64,000 bases of DNA from Pirellula staleyi DSM 6068 (GCA_945875845.1 CAMCMB010000036.1:2053-66052); one strand, 5' to 3'; counted from the first letter of the stretch, positions 16,881-27,661 are shown. Translations and numbers: made by a program. The notes: generated by a model not told the origin, from the sequence alone.

Positions 16881-17592
16881 GCGCTAGCCTGGGCTGTTAA
16901 AAATCTGGTATTGACACTACATTCCGACAGATCATTTTTGTTCCTTTCGCTGGGAAGTAAAGTAGTGAAACCGCAACGTGAAGTTTAGGGTTTTTCTCTC
17001 CCCTTCTCCTCCTGTAATCAGGAGGAGAAGGGGCCGGGGGGATGAGGAGGTTGGAGCTAGACATGAAGTGGCAAGCCCAAGACGATTTCGCCAAACACCT
17101 ACGCCGAGCCTCCACGCCCGCGGAATATTTGATGTGGCAAGTTGTTCGTAATCGACAACGATGCCAAGCCAAGTTTCGACGACAACATAAACTCGGGCCT
17201 TACGTCTTGGACTTTTTCTGCCCTGAAGCGAAGCTTGCTGTCGAATGCGATGGACTACCGCACTTCACTCTGGAAGGAATCAAGAAGGATCGAATTCGAA
17301 CCCAATGGCTCAATCAACAAGGTATCGAAGTAATTAGGTTTACGAGTCATGAGATCGAGAACGACACGCAACGGGTTATGTTTGCGATCGACGTCGCCTT
17401 AAAAAAGCACATCAAGCAGGACCAACCTCCTCATCCCCCAACCCCTTCTCCTCCCGAGGAGGAGAAGGGGAGTTAGAACATCAGCTTCGCGATGTAGTAG
17501 CGGCGTTCGAATGGACTTGCCGATTGGAACAAAAACTGCGCAACCAAAAGCCGTGCCCATACCAGATTTTTAACAGCCCAGCGCTAGCCCTC
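16881..17592. repeat. Nested inverted-repeat cassette enclosing the DUF559 ORF (possibly a MITE-like mobile cassette)
   Basis: Outer inverted repeat: TGGGCTGTTAAAAATCTGGTAT at 16890-16911 versus its perfect reverse complement at 17559-17580. Inner ~55-bp inverted repeats at 16998-17054 and 17422-17472, each containing its own hairpin CCCCTTCTCCTCC..GGAGGAGAAGGGG. Confidence 0.6.
17042..17476 (+). CDS. DUF559 (Vsr-like endonuclease fold) domain protein
   Basis: AEYLMWQVVRNRQRCQAKFRRQHKLGPYVLDFFCPEAKLAVECDG...QGIEVIRFTSHEI. The N- and C-terminal codons (MRRLE.., ..PSPPEEEKGS) lie inside the inner inverted repeats. Confidence 0.8.
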   Translation: MRRLELDMKWQAQDDFAKHLRRASTPAEYLMWQVVRNRQRCQAKFRRQHKLGPYVLDFFCPEAKLAVECDGLPHFTLEGIKKDRIRTQWLNQQGIEVIRFTSHEIENDTQRVMFAIDVALKKHIKQDQPPHPPTPSPPEEEKGS

Positions 17593-17605
17593 CTGTGATG
17601 TCACT

Positions 17606-18922
17606 TCACAGTATCTCAACGACTCCATCGCCGATTTGCTTTTTCGCGACGACAGCCAACTGCTTCAGTTGTTGCATTTGTTCCGGTGACAAAAAGGAAT
17701 GATTGAGCCCTTGCATATAGCCTAGCGCCTTGCGCGGCCGCTGGTCTTGCAACCAGATTTTGACGAGCATCAATTGGATCGAGAAACGGTGCTCGTCGAA
17801 TGTCTCGATGTGCCGTTCCATCAACGGGATCGCTTCGGCGTAGCTTTTGGCCCGAAGCAGGCCTTGAATCACTCGGTACAAGTCGTTTTGCCTCCAGCCG
17901 ACGCTTGCATTGGAGGCGGCGATACGATTCTGAAGTTTTACTGCTAGCGAAAATTCTCCTTGATCAATCGCTTGTTCGACTTGTGTTTGCAACTTTCGGC
18001 CTTGCGCCCCAGGATCCGATACCACGTTTGCCTTGCGGTCCTCGGCATGGAGTTTGGCAGCAGCCTTTTCCTCGCGGGCTCGAACTTTGTCCCGACCTAC
18101 CGTGGACTCTTGGCCCGTCTTTCCATTCAAATAGGAAAACAAATCCCAGCCTTCGCAGTCCACATAGCCCAAGCGGACCATCCCCAAACCTATTGGCAAC
18201 GCGACCACAAATCCCATGATGTGGAGCAGTTCCGAACTCATGGTAAACCCGTGAATCCCAAAGAAAATGAGTTCTTGGGCTAAAAAGAAAAAACCGTACA
18301 TCAAGATCGAGATTTCAAACATCATTGGCCCCAAGCCGAACCAACTAACAATGGTGAATTCATTGGCCGGTGCCCAAGCCACGCACAGCGCCAACAACCC
18401 GAAAATCGCCGCCGAGGCACCGAGCGCTTCTCCCTCCCAACCGATCACGATGGAACTCAACTGCAGCACGAAGCCATAAAGGGTTCCAATACCCAGGTAC
18501 AACAACGAGAATACGGTGGGTCCAACTTTTCCCTCGACGATGAGCCCGAAAGCCCAAAGAAAAACCATGTTCCCAATCAAGTGCAGCCACCCCGCGTGCA
18601 TGAAGTTGTTCGTCAGCCATTGCCAAGGTTGAAATGTCCCGAACTCGATAGAAAATGTCGAAGTCCAACCGCCCTGCATCGTTTTGGGTTTCAATGACTC
18701 TACGAAGGCTTTGATCGCTTCGTCGTTGTTGTTGAATCTTTCGAGTGCATGATCGAGTTCTTCTTCGTTCTTGAATACCTGACCATCAGGCGCTTGTAGC
18801 GAAATGTCGGGCTGAGTCGTGTTGGTGCAAAAGGCAAGAAAGCATCCGACATTGATGGCTATCATCGCCACCGTTGCAATCGGGTAGTGATAGATTGGAG
18901 CATCGGTTGAGATTGGAATCAT
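17606..18922 (-). CDS. Rhomboid-family intramembrane serine protease with C-terminal soluble (TPR-like) extension
   Basis: NNFMHAGWLHLIGNMVFLW and the catalytic GASAAIFGLL motif, with multiple TM helices. Confidence 0.85.
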   Translation of the reverse strand: MIPISTDAPIYHYPIATVAMIAINVGCFLAFCTNTTQPDISLQAPDGQVFKNEEELDHALERFNNNDEAIKAFVESLKPKTMQGGWTSTFSIEFGTFQPWQWLTNNFMHAGWLHLIGNMVFLWAFGLIVEGKVGPTVFSLLYLGIGTLYGFVLQLSSIVIGWEGEALGASAAIFGLLALCVAWAPANEFTIVSWFGLGPMMFEISILMYGFFFLAQELIFFGIHGFTMSSELLHIMGFVVALPIGLGMVRLGYVDCEGWDLFSYLNGKTGQESTVGRDKVRAREEKAAAKLHAEDRKANVVSDPGAQGRKLQTQVEQAIDQGEFSLAVKLQNRIAASNASVGWRQNDLYRVIQGLLRAKSYAEAIPLMERHIETFDEHRFSIQLMLVKIWLQDQRPRKALGYMQGLNHSFLSPEQMQQLKQLAVVAKKQIGDGVVEIL

Positions 18923-19039
18923 TGTTTCCTAGTCAATCTGTCTTTCTCTAGTCCGAAATTCCGAAATGTCGATCGCTTGCGGCGGCGGCCAAAGCTGCAA
19001 CCCGCATTTTTAACAAAACCGAGGGTGAATTTCCATCCA

Positions 19040-19760
19040 ATTCTCTGCCCGACTGCGGTTTAGATAGCCTTTGTCGCTCGAGGCTGTGACTTTAGGATCG
19101 TCGCGTTTCGCTCCCGCGAAAGAACGCGTTCTCCGTCGGATAGGCTATGGTAACCCGTGCCCGTGAGCGAGGGGCCAACCGCGATCCCTCGCTTACCGGC
19201 TTGTTGCTTTAATGAAGTCGTTATTGGTTAAGGGCGGTATGACGGACTTCCAAGTCCGTCAATGGGGAATTCGACGGACTAGGAAGTCCGTCGTTCCATT
19301 AAATCAACAAGCCGTTACGCGTCGGGTTACCAAAGCGTGGCACGAGCGCGCTCGTGAATCCATGGGCGAGACGCCCATGCCACTTTCGAATACCCCGTGT
19401 CACAGCCCATTAAATCAACAGCCCGTTACGCGTCGGGTTGTGGAACTGACGCCAAAGAGTGGTCCATCCAAAAATTCACAGCCTCTCAGCGAAAGAACGC
19501 GGCACTCACGCATCTTTTGCGGAGCAAAAGGCGACTATGTTTTGGCCTTCTACTTGCTGTGCATTATTTTTTGCCACCGAGACACAGAGACACAGAGAAA
19601 AGCATTGTCTACCCGATCGGGATCGTTGGCATTCCCTCTGTGTCTTTGTGCTTCCGTGTGAAACCTTATCTCTACGACTGTCTTAAAAATTCTTCGGTCA
19701 TCACCGGTGGGCTCGCGCCCTGCCGCTAACATTGGGTAGCGGAACTGCGCGAGCCGGCAG
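19040..19760. repeat. Mosaic of host-specific palindromic intergenic repeats
   Basis: Hairpins GACGGACTTCCAAGTCCGTC (19241-19260) and CGACGGACTAGGAAGTCCGTCG (19272-19293). 16-bp palindrome CACGAGCGCGCTCGTG. CATGGGCG-AGA-CGCCCATG. GTGAGCGAGGG..CCCTCGCTTAC. A GGCTCGCGC..GCGCGAGCC long hairpin at about 19706-19755. The same units recur at 26033-26380, 35340-35720, 55156-55250, 60698-60782 and 63055-63790. Confidence 0.85.
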
Positions 19761-19878
19761 GCAGTAAATGATCTGTACTTGGTCTCTGTTGACACCTACC
19801 ATCCTCGATTGCCAGGGATTTGCTAGAATTCTGTTTCCTTAGTCCTTTCCCTCCTTTTTCAACTGCAGCCGCAACGCC

Positions 19879-21525
<1,647 letters not shown>

Positions 21526-21652
21526 AGCGACTACGCAAGGATGGCATGCTTCTATGCTCATTCCCTCGTCGATGGCTTAAAGCGTCACAGCCGACAAAAG
21601 TGAAAGTAGTAGGCACATTCCATGTGCCGTCCACCTGGAATCCTGGTAAATG

Positions 21653-21769
21653 CTTGACTGCGAACGGCACGTCGGAGCGTGCCTGCACCTTTTTGACTGC
21701 GAACGGCACGGCGGAGCGTGCCTGCTACAGCTTGACTGCGAACGGCACGGCGGAGCGTGCCTGCTACTT
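21653..21769. repeat. Three tandem 39-bp hairpin repeats between convergent genes
   Basis: TTGACTGCGAACGGCACG(T/G)CGGAGCGTGCCTGC.. starts at 21654, 21693 and 21732 (period 39). Each unit contains GGCACG-N6-CGTGCC. A further hairpin GGCACAT-TC-CATGTGCC lies at about 21611-21627. Confidence 0.85.
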
Positions 21770-21774
21770 TTGTG

Positions 21775-23085
21775 TCAAAGCGACTTGGTTTTCCAATCCA
21801 ACCGGGGGCGGATGACTGGGCCATGCCAGGATCCGGTGTACTCTTGACGCATCACCCCCGTATCGTGAACCAAAAACGACAAAACCGATTCCTGTCGCAC
21901 TGAGGTCACGCCAACTTCGGGACCTATCAGGACGCTGATGAAATAACGTGTGTCATTGAGGAAATTCGCAGGAATGCGGCATTCGCTACGATACATGCCG
22001 CACGGATGCGGTTTGCCAAACCAAGGATCGGGCGAGAGGCTCATCGACGGGGCGTTTGCGGACCAAAAAACATAGGAGCCAGTTTCGTCCTTGACCTGGA
22101 TCTGAACACTGACCTTGGCATTGTTGGACAAGACTTTGTAGTCGACTGCAACCACGATCTCATGGTCGATATCGACTTCACCGGTTGGAGCATCGACTCC
22201 ATTGCCTCGAACAGCGACGGCCTGCAATCGAACTTCATTTGAGCTGGGTGCCGATTCATTGTCACCCCAACTCCGTTGACCGCCCCCGCTTTGCGAATCG
22301 GACAAATACTGTTCGATGATGCTCTCGGGTGTCCCATCCGCTACGATTTTTCCGTTTTGCATCAACACGGCCCGACGGCAAAGATTGGCTACCGCAGATA
22401 AATTGTGCGACACAATCAGAATGGTTCGGCCCTGATCACCAAGCTGACTTGCTTTGCCCAAGCATTTGCGTTGAAAGGCTTGATCGCCGACGCTGAGCAC
22501 TTCGTCGATGATCAAAACATCGGGTTCTAAATGCGCAGCGACCGCGAAGGCAAGTCGCACCGCCATGCCGCTTGAATAGCGTTTTACGGGTGTATCCAAA
22601 AACGAATCGATCTCCGCAAAGGCAACGATCTCGTCAAAACGGCGCTTGATTTCGGCCCGAGGCATCCCCAAAAGTGCCCCATTGAGAAAGACGTTTTCGC
22701 GGCCTGTTAACTCCGGATGAAAGCCGGTACCTACCTCCAATAAGCTCCCTACTCGACCTCGCACACCCACCCGACCTTGAGTGGGCGTCACGATGCGGGA
22801 AAGGATTTTCAGAAGCGTGCTTTTGCCTGCACCGTTGCGGCCAACAATGCCAACGATTTCGCCAGTCGGAATAGATAAATCGATGTCTCGCAAAGCCCAA
22901 AACCATCCATCCTCCATCTGCTGCGTGGGTGAATCATTGCGCGAATCTGGCTTGGGAGTCGATGATCGCCGCAACCATTTCATAGCATTCGACGCGATCG
23001 CCTCAGTGAGTCGACCGTATTCATTTGCCGTTCCCAAACGAAATCGCTTGCATACGTTGTCTAGGTGAATCGATTCGATGCTCAT
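21775..23085 (-). CDS. ABC transporter ATP-binding protein, polysaccharide/O-antigen exporter type (Wzt/TagH-like) with C-terminal glycan-binding-like domain
   Basis: Walker A GIVGRNGAGKSTLLK, signature YSSGMAVRLAFA, Walker B VLIIDEVLSVGD. The likely start is MSIESIHLDNV at 23085, 2 nt after the permease stop; the track ORF extends to 23499. Confidence 0.85.
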   Translation of the reverse strand: MSIESIHLDNVCKRFRLGTANEYGRLTEAIASNAMKWLRRSSTPKPDSRNDSPTQQMEDGWFWALRDIDLSIPTGEIVGIVGRNGAGKSTLLKILSRIVTPTQGRVGVRGRVGSLLEVGTGFHPELTGRENVFLNGALLGMPRAEIKRRFDEIVAFAEIDSFLDTPVKRYSSGMAVRLAFAVAAHLEPDVLIIDEVLSVGDQAFQRKCLGKASQLGDQGRTILIVSHNLSAVANLCRRAVLMQNGKIVADGTPESIIEQYLSDSQSGGGQRSWGDNESAPSSNEVRLQAVAVRGNGVDAPTGEVDIDHEIVVAVDYKVLSNNAKVSVQIQVKDETGSYVFWSANAPSMSLSPDPWFGKPHPCGMYRSECRIPANFLNDTRYFISVLIGPEVGVTSVRQESVLSFLVHDTGVMRQEYTGSWHGPVIRPRLDWKTKSL

Positions 23086-23087
23086 CG

Positions 23088-23951
23088 TTAGATCCGATCC
23101 GCGAGCTGTTGGTCGGCATGTTGGAACCACGACAGTCCGCTCAAGAAAACGAGCAAAGTAATCGCGGCTGCCATCGCCATTCCTACGGTACTCGGTAGCG
23201 GTGTCCCGATGATTGCCCATCGAAACAAGCCCACACAGGTCGCAATCGGGTTGGCTTCGTACAACCATAACCATTTCTCGCTGAGCACATGCCGGAGGCG
23301 TTCGACATCGTACACAATCGGGGAAATGAACATGCCCAATTGCATGACAAACGGCAGCGCATACCCCACATCGCGATAATGGGCATTGAGCGATGAAAGC
23401 CAAGCGATACAGCCTGCGCAAAACAGTATCAGCCAGGCCGCGATCGGAATGGCAAGCCAAACGGTGCTCCAAACGACAGCCGTTCCGGTCACCCAACAAA
23501 CCGGTATGAGCAATAACGAGCCAATCAAAAAATCAAACGTCGCGCACAATAAACTCGCAAGCGGTAACAAGAGTCTTGGGAAATAAATCTTGGTGACGAC
23601 GTGGCGATAGTTCACCAGCGAACCCGTGGCATCGCGAAAGCTGCTCGACACCAGTTGCCAACATAGCATCCCGGTCAAAATGATAGGCGCATATGCGACG
23701 TTGGAACTGCCGGCATTCGTGCCCAATACCCAAAAGAGTCCCATGAAAATAAGCATCCCCATCATGGGTTGTAGCAAGACCCAGAGCACGCCCACCACAA
23801 CTTGGCGGTATCGAATCAACAAGTCCCTCAGAAAGAAGCTGTAGAGCAACTCTCGCATTTTCCAAACTTCGCGCAACTGGCCGAAACCAAACGAATCGGT
23901 TGGTCCATAGTATTGCATCGGTGGTATGGGTTCGTTGTCGCTGGAGATCAC
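23088..23951 (-). CDS. ABC-2 type transporter permease (Wzm-like)
   Basis: Six predicted TM helices. The LLIRYRQVVVGVLWVLLQP and YRDVGYALPFVMQLGMFISPIVY blocks are typical of ABC-2 permeases. Confidence 0.8.
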   Translation of the reverse strand: MISSDNEPIPPMQYYGPTDSFGFGQLREVWKMRELLYSFFLRDLLIRYRQVVVGVLWVLLQPMMGMLIFMGLFWVLGTNAGSSNVAYAPIILTGMLCWQLVSSSFRDATGSLVNYRHVVTKIYFPRLLLPLASLLCATFDFLIGSLLLIPVCWVTGTAVVWSTVWLAIPIAAWLILFCAGCIAWLSSLNAHYRDVGYALPFVMQLGMFISPIVYDVERLRHVLSEKWLWLYEANPIATCVGLFRWAIIGTPLPSTVGMAMAAAITLLVFLSGLSWFQHADQQLADRI

Positions 23952-23957
23952 TTGATT

Positions 23958-25940
23958 CTACATCCGTTCTACCGTCCCAATACCCAAAAGCTCTAGACCT
24001 TTTTTCAGTGTCAAGCCAGTCAAGTCCGTCAGCTTCAATCGCGACAAAACGGATTCAGGTGACTCGGCTTTCAGCACTGGACATTGTTCGTAAAAACTGC
24101 TGAACATTCGAGCCGTCTCGAACAGATACTCCGTTACCAGATTCGGTAAGTAGTCGCACATCGATTGGGTCAGCATGTCCTCAAAGCGCAACAATTGCAA
24201 GCCAAGGGTCAACTCGGGCCCCGCAACCAAATCCAACGTCGCGGAATTCCGTTGGTCGGAGGTGATCCCTTCGGATTCCGCCTTGCGAAGAATACTGCGC
24301 GTTCGAGCGTAGGAATACTGGATGTAGGCGGCAGTATTGCCCTCAAGCTGAACCATTTTGTCCATGTCGAAAACGTAATTGCTGGTTCGATTGTGACTTA
24401 AGTCCGCATATTTGATTGCACCGATCCCAACGGTTTCTGCGATGCTGCGTTTCTCTTGTTCAGTAAATTCGACGCCTGAGCTTTTGAGACGGTCCGGATT
24501 GCAAACCACTTGCCATGCCCGTTCAACCGCTTCGTCCAGCAACGATTCCAAACCGACCACCGTTCCCGAACGCGTCTTGAACGGCTTGCCATCTTTACCA
24601 AGTACCGTTCCAAAACAGACATGGTTCAACTCGGTATGCGTGATACCTATTTTGCGAAGCACATCAAACAATTTTTGAAAGTGTTCGCTTTGACGATGAT
24701 CGACCACGTAGAGCGACACATCGGGTTCGAACTCGCGCTCTCGGAAAACAGCCGTAGCGATGTCCGTGGTCGCATAGAGATACGCGCCGTCTTGCTTGCG
24801 AACGATCATCGGAGCCTCGTAACCATCGAGGAACAAGCAGATCGCACCATCGCTCTGCACTGCGAGCGATCGCGCGAGCAAGTCATCGACCACCATCGGC
24901 AACAAATCGTGGTAATAACTCTCGCCATATTCGTAGTCGAACTGAACATTCAATCGACGATAGACGCTATGAATCTCAGCCTTGCAATTCGGTAGAAAGT
25001 CTTCCCAGAGCTTGATGTTTTCTGCATCGCCTTCGTGCAGCTTGGAGGTCTCTTTGAGAACACGACTGTTCAAATCCGGATGCTCATTGGCAATGGCCAA
25101 AAACTCGGGATTCTGCTGAAACTCTGCGACTTCTGCTTTTGCTTTGGCAATTTCGTCGTGGGCTTCTCGGACCTGGTTTTCTGCATTGGCCACTTCCTTC
25201 GCCAACTTTTTATCCTTGGGGGCTGCCTCCGATTTCTGCTTGGCAAGGGCAACTTTTTGCTCGGCTTTCGGGATGGCTAACTCCAGCTTCGGAATGTTCC
25301 CGAGTGCATTTTGATAGCCAAGGATATTTTGGACCATTCGGTAGAGTCGGCTCAACTCCGCCACAGGAGCCTTTGCAAACGCATTATCATCGCGAAAGTG
25401 TTTGTAACCATAAATGATCATGCCGAACTGAGTTCCCCAATCGCCAAGATGGTTGTCCGTGATCACATGATGTCCAAGGAACTTGAGGATCTTGGCGACC
25501 GAGTCACCGATAACGGTGGAGCGAATGTGCCCAACGTGCATCGGCTTGGCAACGTTGGGCGAGGAGAAGTCAATGACGACGGTTTTGGGGGATGAAACCT
25601 TGGTAACGGCAAGTCGCTCCAGGTCAGCAAAGGCTTCTGTCAAGCACGAAGCGATCCATTGGGGCGATAGTCGCAAATTGACATATCCCTGTCCTGCGAT
25701 GGTTACCGACGAACAGATATCGGAAAGGTCGACTTTGGAAACGATTTCTTCGGCAATGGCAAGCGGTGGCTTTCCCACCTTTTTTTGCAAAGGCATGGCG
25801 ACGTTGGCTTGATAGTCCGCATGCAGAACTTCGCGAGATGGAACGATCCGGTCAAGGGCAGCGAGCAAGGCGGCTGGATCGTCGATCCACCCAGCCAAAA
25901 CAGGGGCGAATCTCGAACGGATGAGTGATAATACTCGCAT
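23958..25940 (-). CDS. argS: Arginine--tRNA ligase
   Basis: FSSPNVAKPMHVGHIRSTVIGD (HIGH region) and a C-terminal DALR anticodon-binding-like end ...LLGIGTVERM. Contains a Lys/Ala/Glu-rich insertion. Confidence 0.9.
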   Translation of the reverse strand: MRVLSLIRSRFAPVLAGWIDDPAALLAALDRIVPSREVLHADYQANVAMPLQKKVGKPPLAIAEEIVSKVDLSDICSSVTIAGQGYVNLRLSPQWIASCLTEAFADLERLAVTKVSSPKTVVIDFSSPNVAKPMHVGHIRSTVIGDSVAKILKFLGHHVITDNHLGDWGTQFGMIIYGYKHFRDDNAFAKAPVAELSRLYRMVQNILGYQNALGNIPKLELAIPKAEQKVALAKQKSEAAPKDKKLAKEVANAENQVREAHDEIAKAKAEVAEFQQNPEFLAIANEHPDLNSRVLKETSKLHEGDAENIKLWEDFLPNCKAEIHSVYRRLNVQFDYEYGESYYHDLLPMVVDDLLARSLAVQSDGAICLFLDGYEAPMIVRKQDGAYLYATTDIATAVFREREFEPDVSLYVVDHRQSEHFQKLFDVLRKIGITHTELNHVCFGTVLGKDGKPFKTRSGTVVGLESLLDEAVERAWQVVCNPDRLKSSGVEFTEQEKRSIAETVGIGAIKYADLSHNRTSNYVFDMDKMVQLEGNTAAYIQYSYARTRSILRKAESEGITSDQRNSATLDLVAGPELTLGLQLLRFEDMLTQSMCDYLPNLVTEYLFETARMFSSFYEQCPVLKAESPESVLSRLKLTDLTGLTLKKGLELLGIGTVERM

Positions 25941-26032
25941 TAGGCTGCAATAAATTAGGTTAATTCAGGAGTTCAAACGTCCAGAAACATATCCCAAAAC
26001 CACGATTTCTTCTAGTCTGGATCGATCGCCTT

Positions 26033-26380
26033 GGTAGCGGAACAGCGCGAGGCCGTCCGGTGGCCATTTGCAAAACCACCTGCAATTCACCGGGCGGCTC
26101 GCGCCGCTCCGCTACCGGGCTGTGAATTTATCATAGTCGCCTTTCGCTCCGCGAAAGATGCGTTCTCGGTCGGATAGTCATGGTAACCCGACGCGTGACG
26201 GCTTGTGGATTTAATGGTACGACGGACTTCCAAGTCCGTCGAATTCCCCATTGACGGACTTGGAAGTCCGTCATACCTCCCTTAATCAATAACGACTTCA
26301 CTAACGCAACAAGCCGTTATGCGTCGGGTTGTGAAACTGAAGTCAAAAAATGCACCATCCATAAAATCACAGCCCATCCG
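26033..26380. repeat. Palindromic intergenic repeat mosaic
   Basis: GGTAGCGGAACAGCGCGAGGC...GCGGCTCGCGCCGCTCCGCTACC at 26033-26116. GTCGCCTTTCGCTCCGCGAAAG unit. An inverted copy of the double-hairpin unit (GACGGACTTCCAAGTCCGTC 26221-26240; GACGGACTTGGAAGTCCGTC 26253-26272). Confidence 0.85.
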
Positions 26381-26388
26381 CGATTGCC

Positions 26389-27252
26389 TTACAGGCGGCA
26401 ATTGTTGATGGATGTTTCCAAGATCGCCAAAGCACCCAAGGACTCAAGCTTTTCCATGATCGGGATGATGTCGCACCGTTTGACCATGGCGCGCACGGCA
26501 CACCATGCCGCATCCTCTAAGCTCGTCACCGTTGGCGAAGTAAAACCTGGCGTAATCGCCTCGGCTGCCGCCAGCTTCGAACGGGGCACATTGTATTCGA
26601 GCAGCGAATAGTCTCTCGCGATGACGACCCCTTCTAATCTCCGAACAATCCTATCGGCTGTAGCCGTATCACGGCAATTAAGGCTCTGAATCAACACGGT
26701 TTCGTATTGTCCAATTTCCGTCAAAATTCGCAATTGATTCGCCGCCAGCGTACTGCCTGTTTCCACCAAGTCGACAATCGCATCCGCCACTCCCAGCGAA
26801 ATCATAACCTCCACAGACCCATTCAGCTTGACCAAATGCACCGGTGCATCATGTTGATTCAGAAAGCGTTGGGTTGTGTTCGGAAAACTGGTCGCGATCC
26901 GCTTTCCTTTGAGTTGACTCGGTTCCTGGATGTCGGAGTGCGTTGGAACACAAATGGCTAATCGGCATCTCCCCACCCCAAGTTTCATGCGGACAGCCAC
27001 GTCTGCTTGCGCTTCATGGACGAGATCGCTGCCGGTGATCCCAAGATCGATGGCGCCCTCGGCACACAGCGTTGGAATGTCATCCGTTCGAAGAAACGTT
27101 ATTTCGGCGGGGATGCTGCTGACTCGGGCGAACAAGGATCGGTCTTGGCGGCGGAAATTCAGCCCTGCCTGCAAAAGCAGTTCTGTGGCCAGTTCGCTTA
27201 AACGACCCTTGCTTGGGATTCCGATTCGAAGCGGGTTTACGGCATAACTCAC
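26389..27252 (-). CDS. hisG: ATP phosphoribosyltransferase (long form)
   Basis: LRIGIPSKGRLSE...AIDLGITGSDLV, 287 aa, with a HisG_C-like tail. 4-nt overlap with hisE. Confidence 0.9.
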   Translation of the reverse strand: MSYAVNPLRIGIPSKGRLSELATELLLQAGLNFRRQDRSLFARVSSIPAEITFLRTDDIPTLCAEGAIDLGITGSDLVHEAQADVAVRMKLGVGRCRLAICVPTHSDIQEPSQLKGKRIATSFPNTTQRFLNQHDAPVHLVKLNGSVEVMISLGVADAIVDLVETGSTLAANQLRILTEIGQYETVLIQSLNCRDTATADRIVRRLEGVVIARDYSLLEYNVPRSKLAAAEAITPGFTSPTVTSLEDAAWCAVRAMVKRCDIIPIMEKLESLGALAILETSINNCRL

Positions 27253-27590
27253 GAAGCTTTTTCCTGACCACGTTGGCGTTTTTCTTGCAAGCCAGACACG
27301 CCTTCTCGGCGTTCTAATTCTTTGCGCACATCTTCGACTGCAATGCCGCGACTTGCCAATAGGACCCAGAGGTGATAAATCACATCGCCTGCTTCACGAA
27401 TCGTGTGCTCGCGGCCAGCCTCACCGGGTACGGCGGCTGCTTCGATGACTTCATGGGCTTCCTCAAGTATCTTGCTCCCGATTTTCTCAACACCACCTTG
27501 CAAGAGTTTCGTGGTATAGGAGCCCTCAGGAAGTTCAGAAACTCGGCGATGAAGTTCGGTCATCAACCGATCAAAAATATCGTCAGCCAT
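27249..27590 (-). CDS. hisE: Phosphoribosyl-ATP pyrophosphohydrolase
   Basis: YTTKLLQGGVEKIGSKILEEAHEVIEAA...AGDVIYHLWVLL. Confidence 0.9.
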   Translation of the reverse strand: MADDIFDRLMTELHRRVSELPEGSYTTKLLQGGVEKIGSKILEEAHEVIEAAAVPGEAGREHTIREAGDVIYHLWVLLASRGIAVEDVRKELERREGVSGLQEKRQRGQEKAS

Positions 27591-27661
27591 TGTGGAGAGA
27601 GTTGGTTGTTAAAAGTCCGGATAAGTTGGAAGGCAGTTTACGTGTTGCGTGCATCCGTGTT

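Noticed and set aside
19212-19729. Track ORFs inside repeat mosaics (19212-19729, 21546-21847, 35277-36200, 41195-41431, 53207-53617, 55009-55433, 63381-63774)
   Set aside because: They are translations of palindromic or tandem repeats. The same 'peptides' appear on both strands, and several run antisense into real genes such as rpsI.
21653-21769. A possible CRISPR array (regular 39-bp repeats)
   Set aside because: The units are directly tandem with no spacers, there are only three copies, and no cas genes are present.
23088-25940. The tight argS-wzm-wzt arrangement (6-nt and 2-nt gaps), considered as a functional system
   Set aside because: It is probably just operon packing of unrelated housekeeping genes. 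I can name no mechanistic link.
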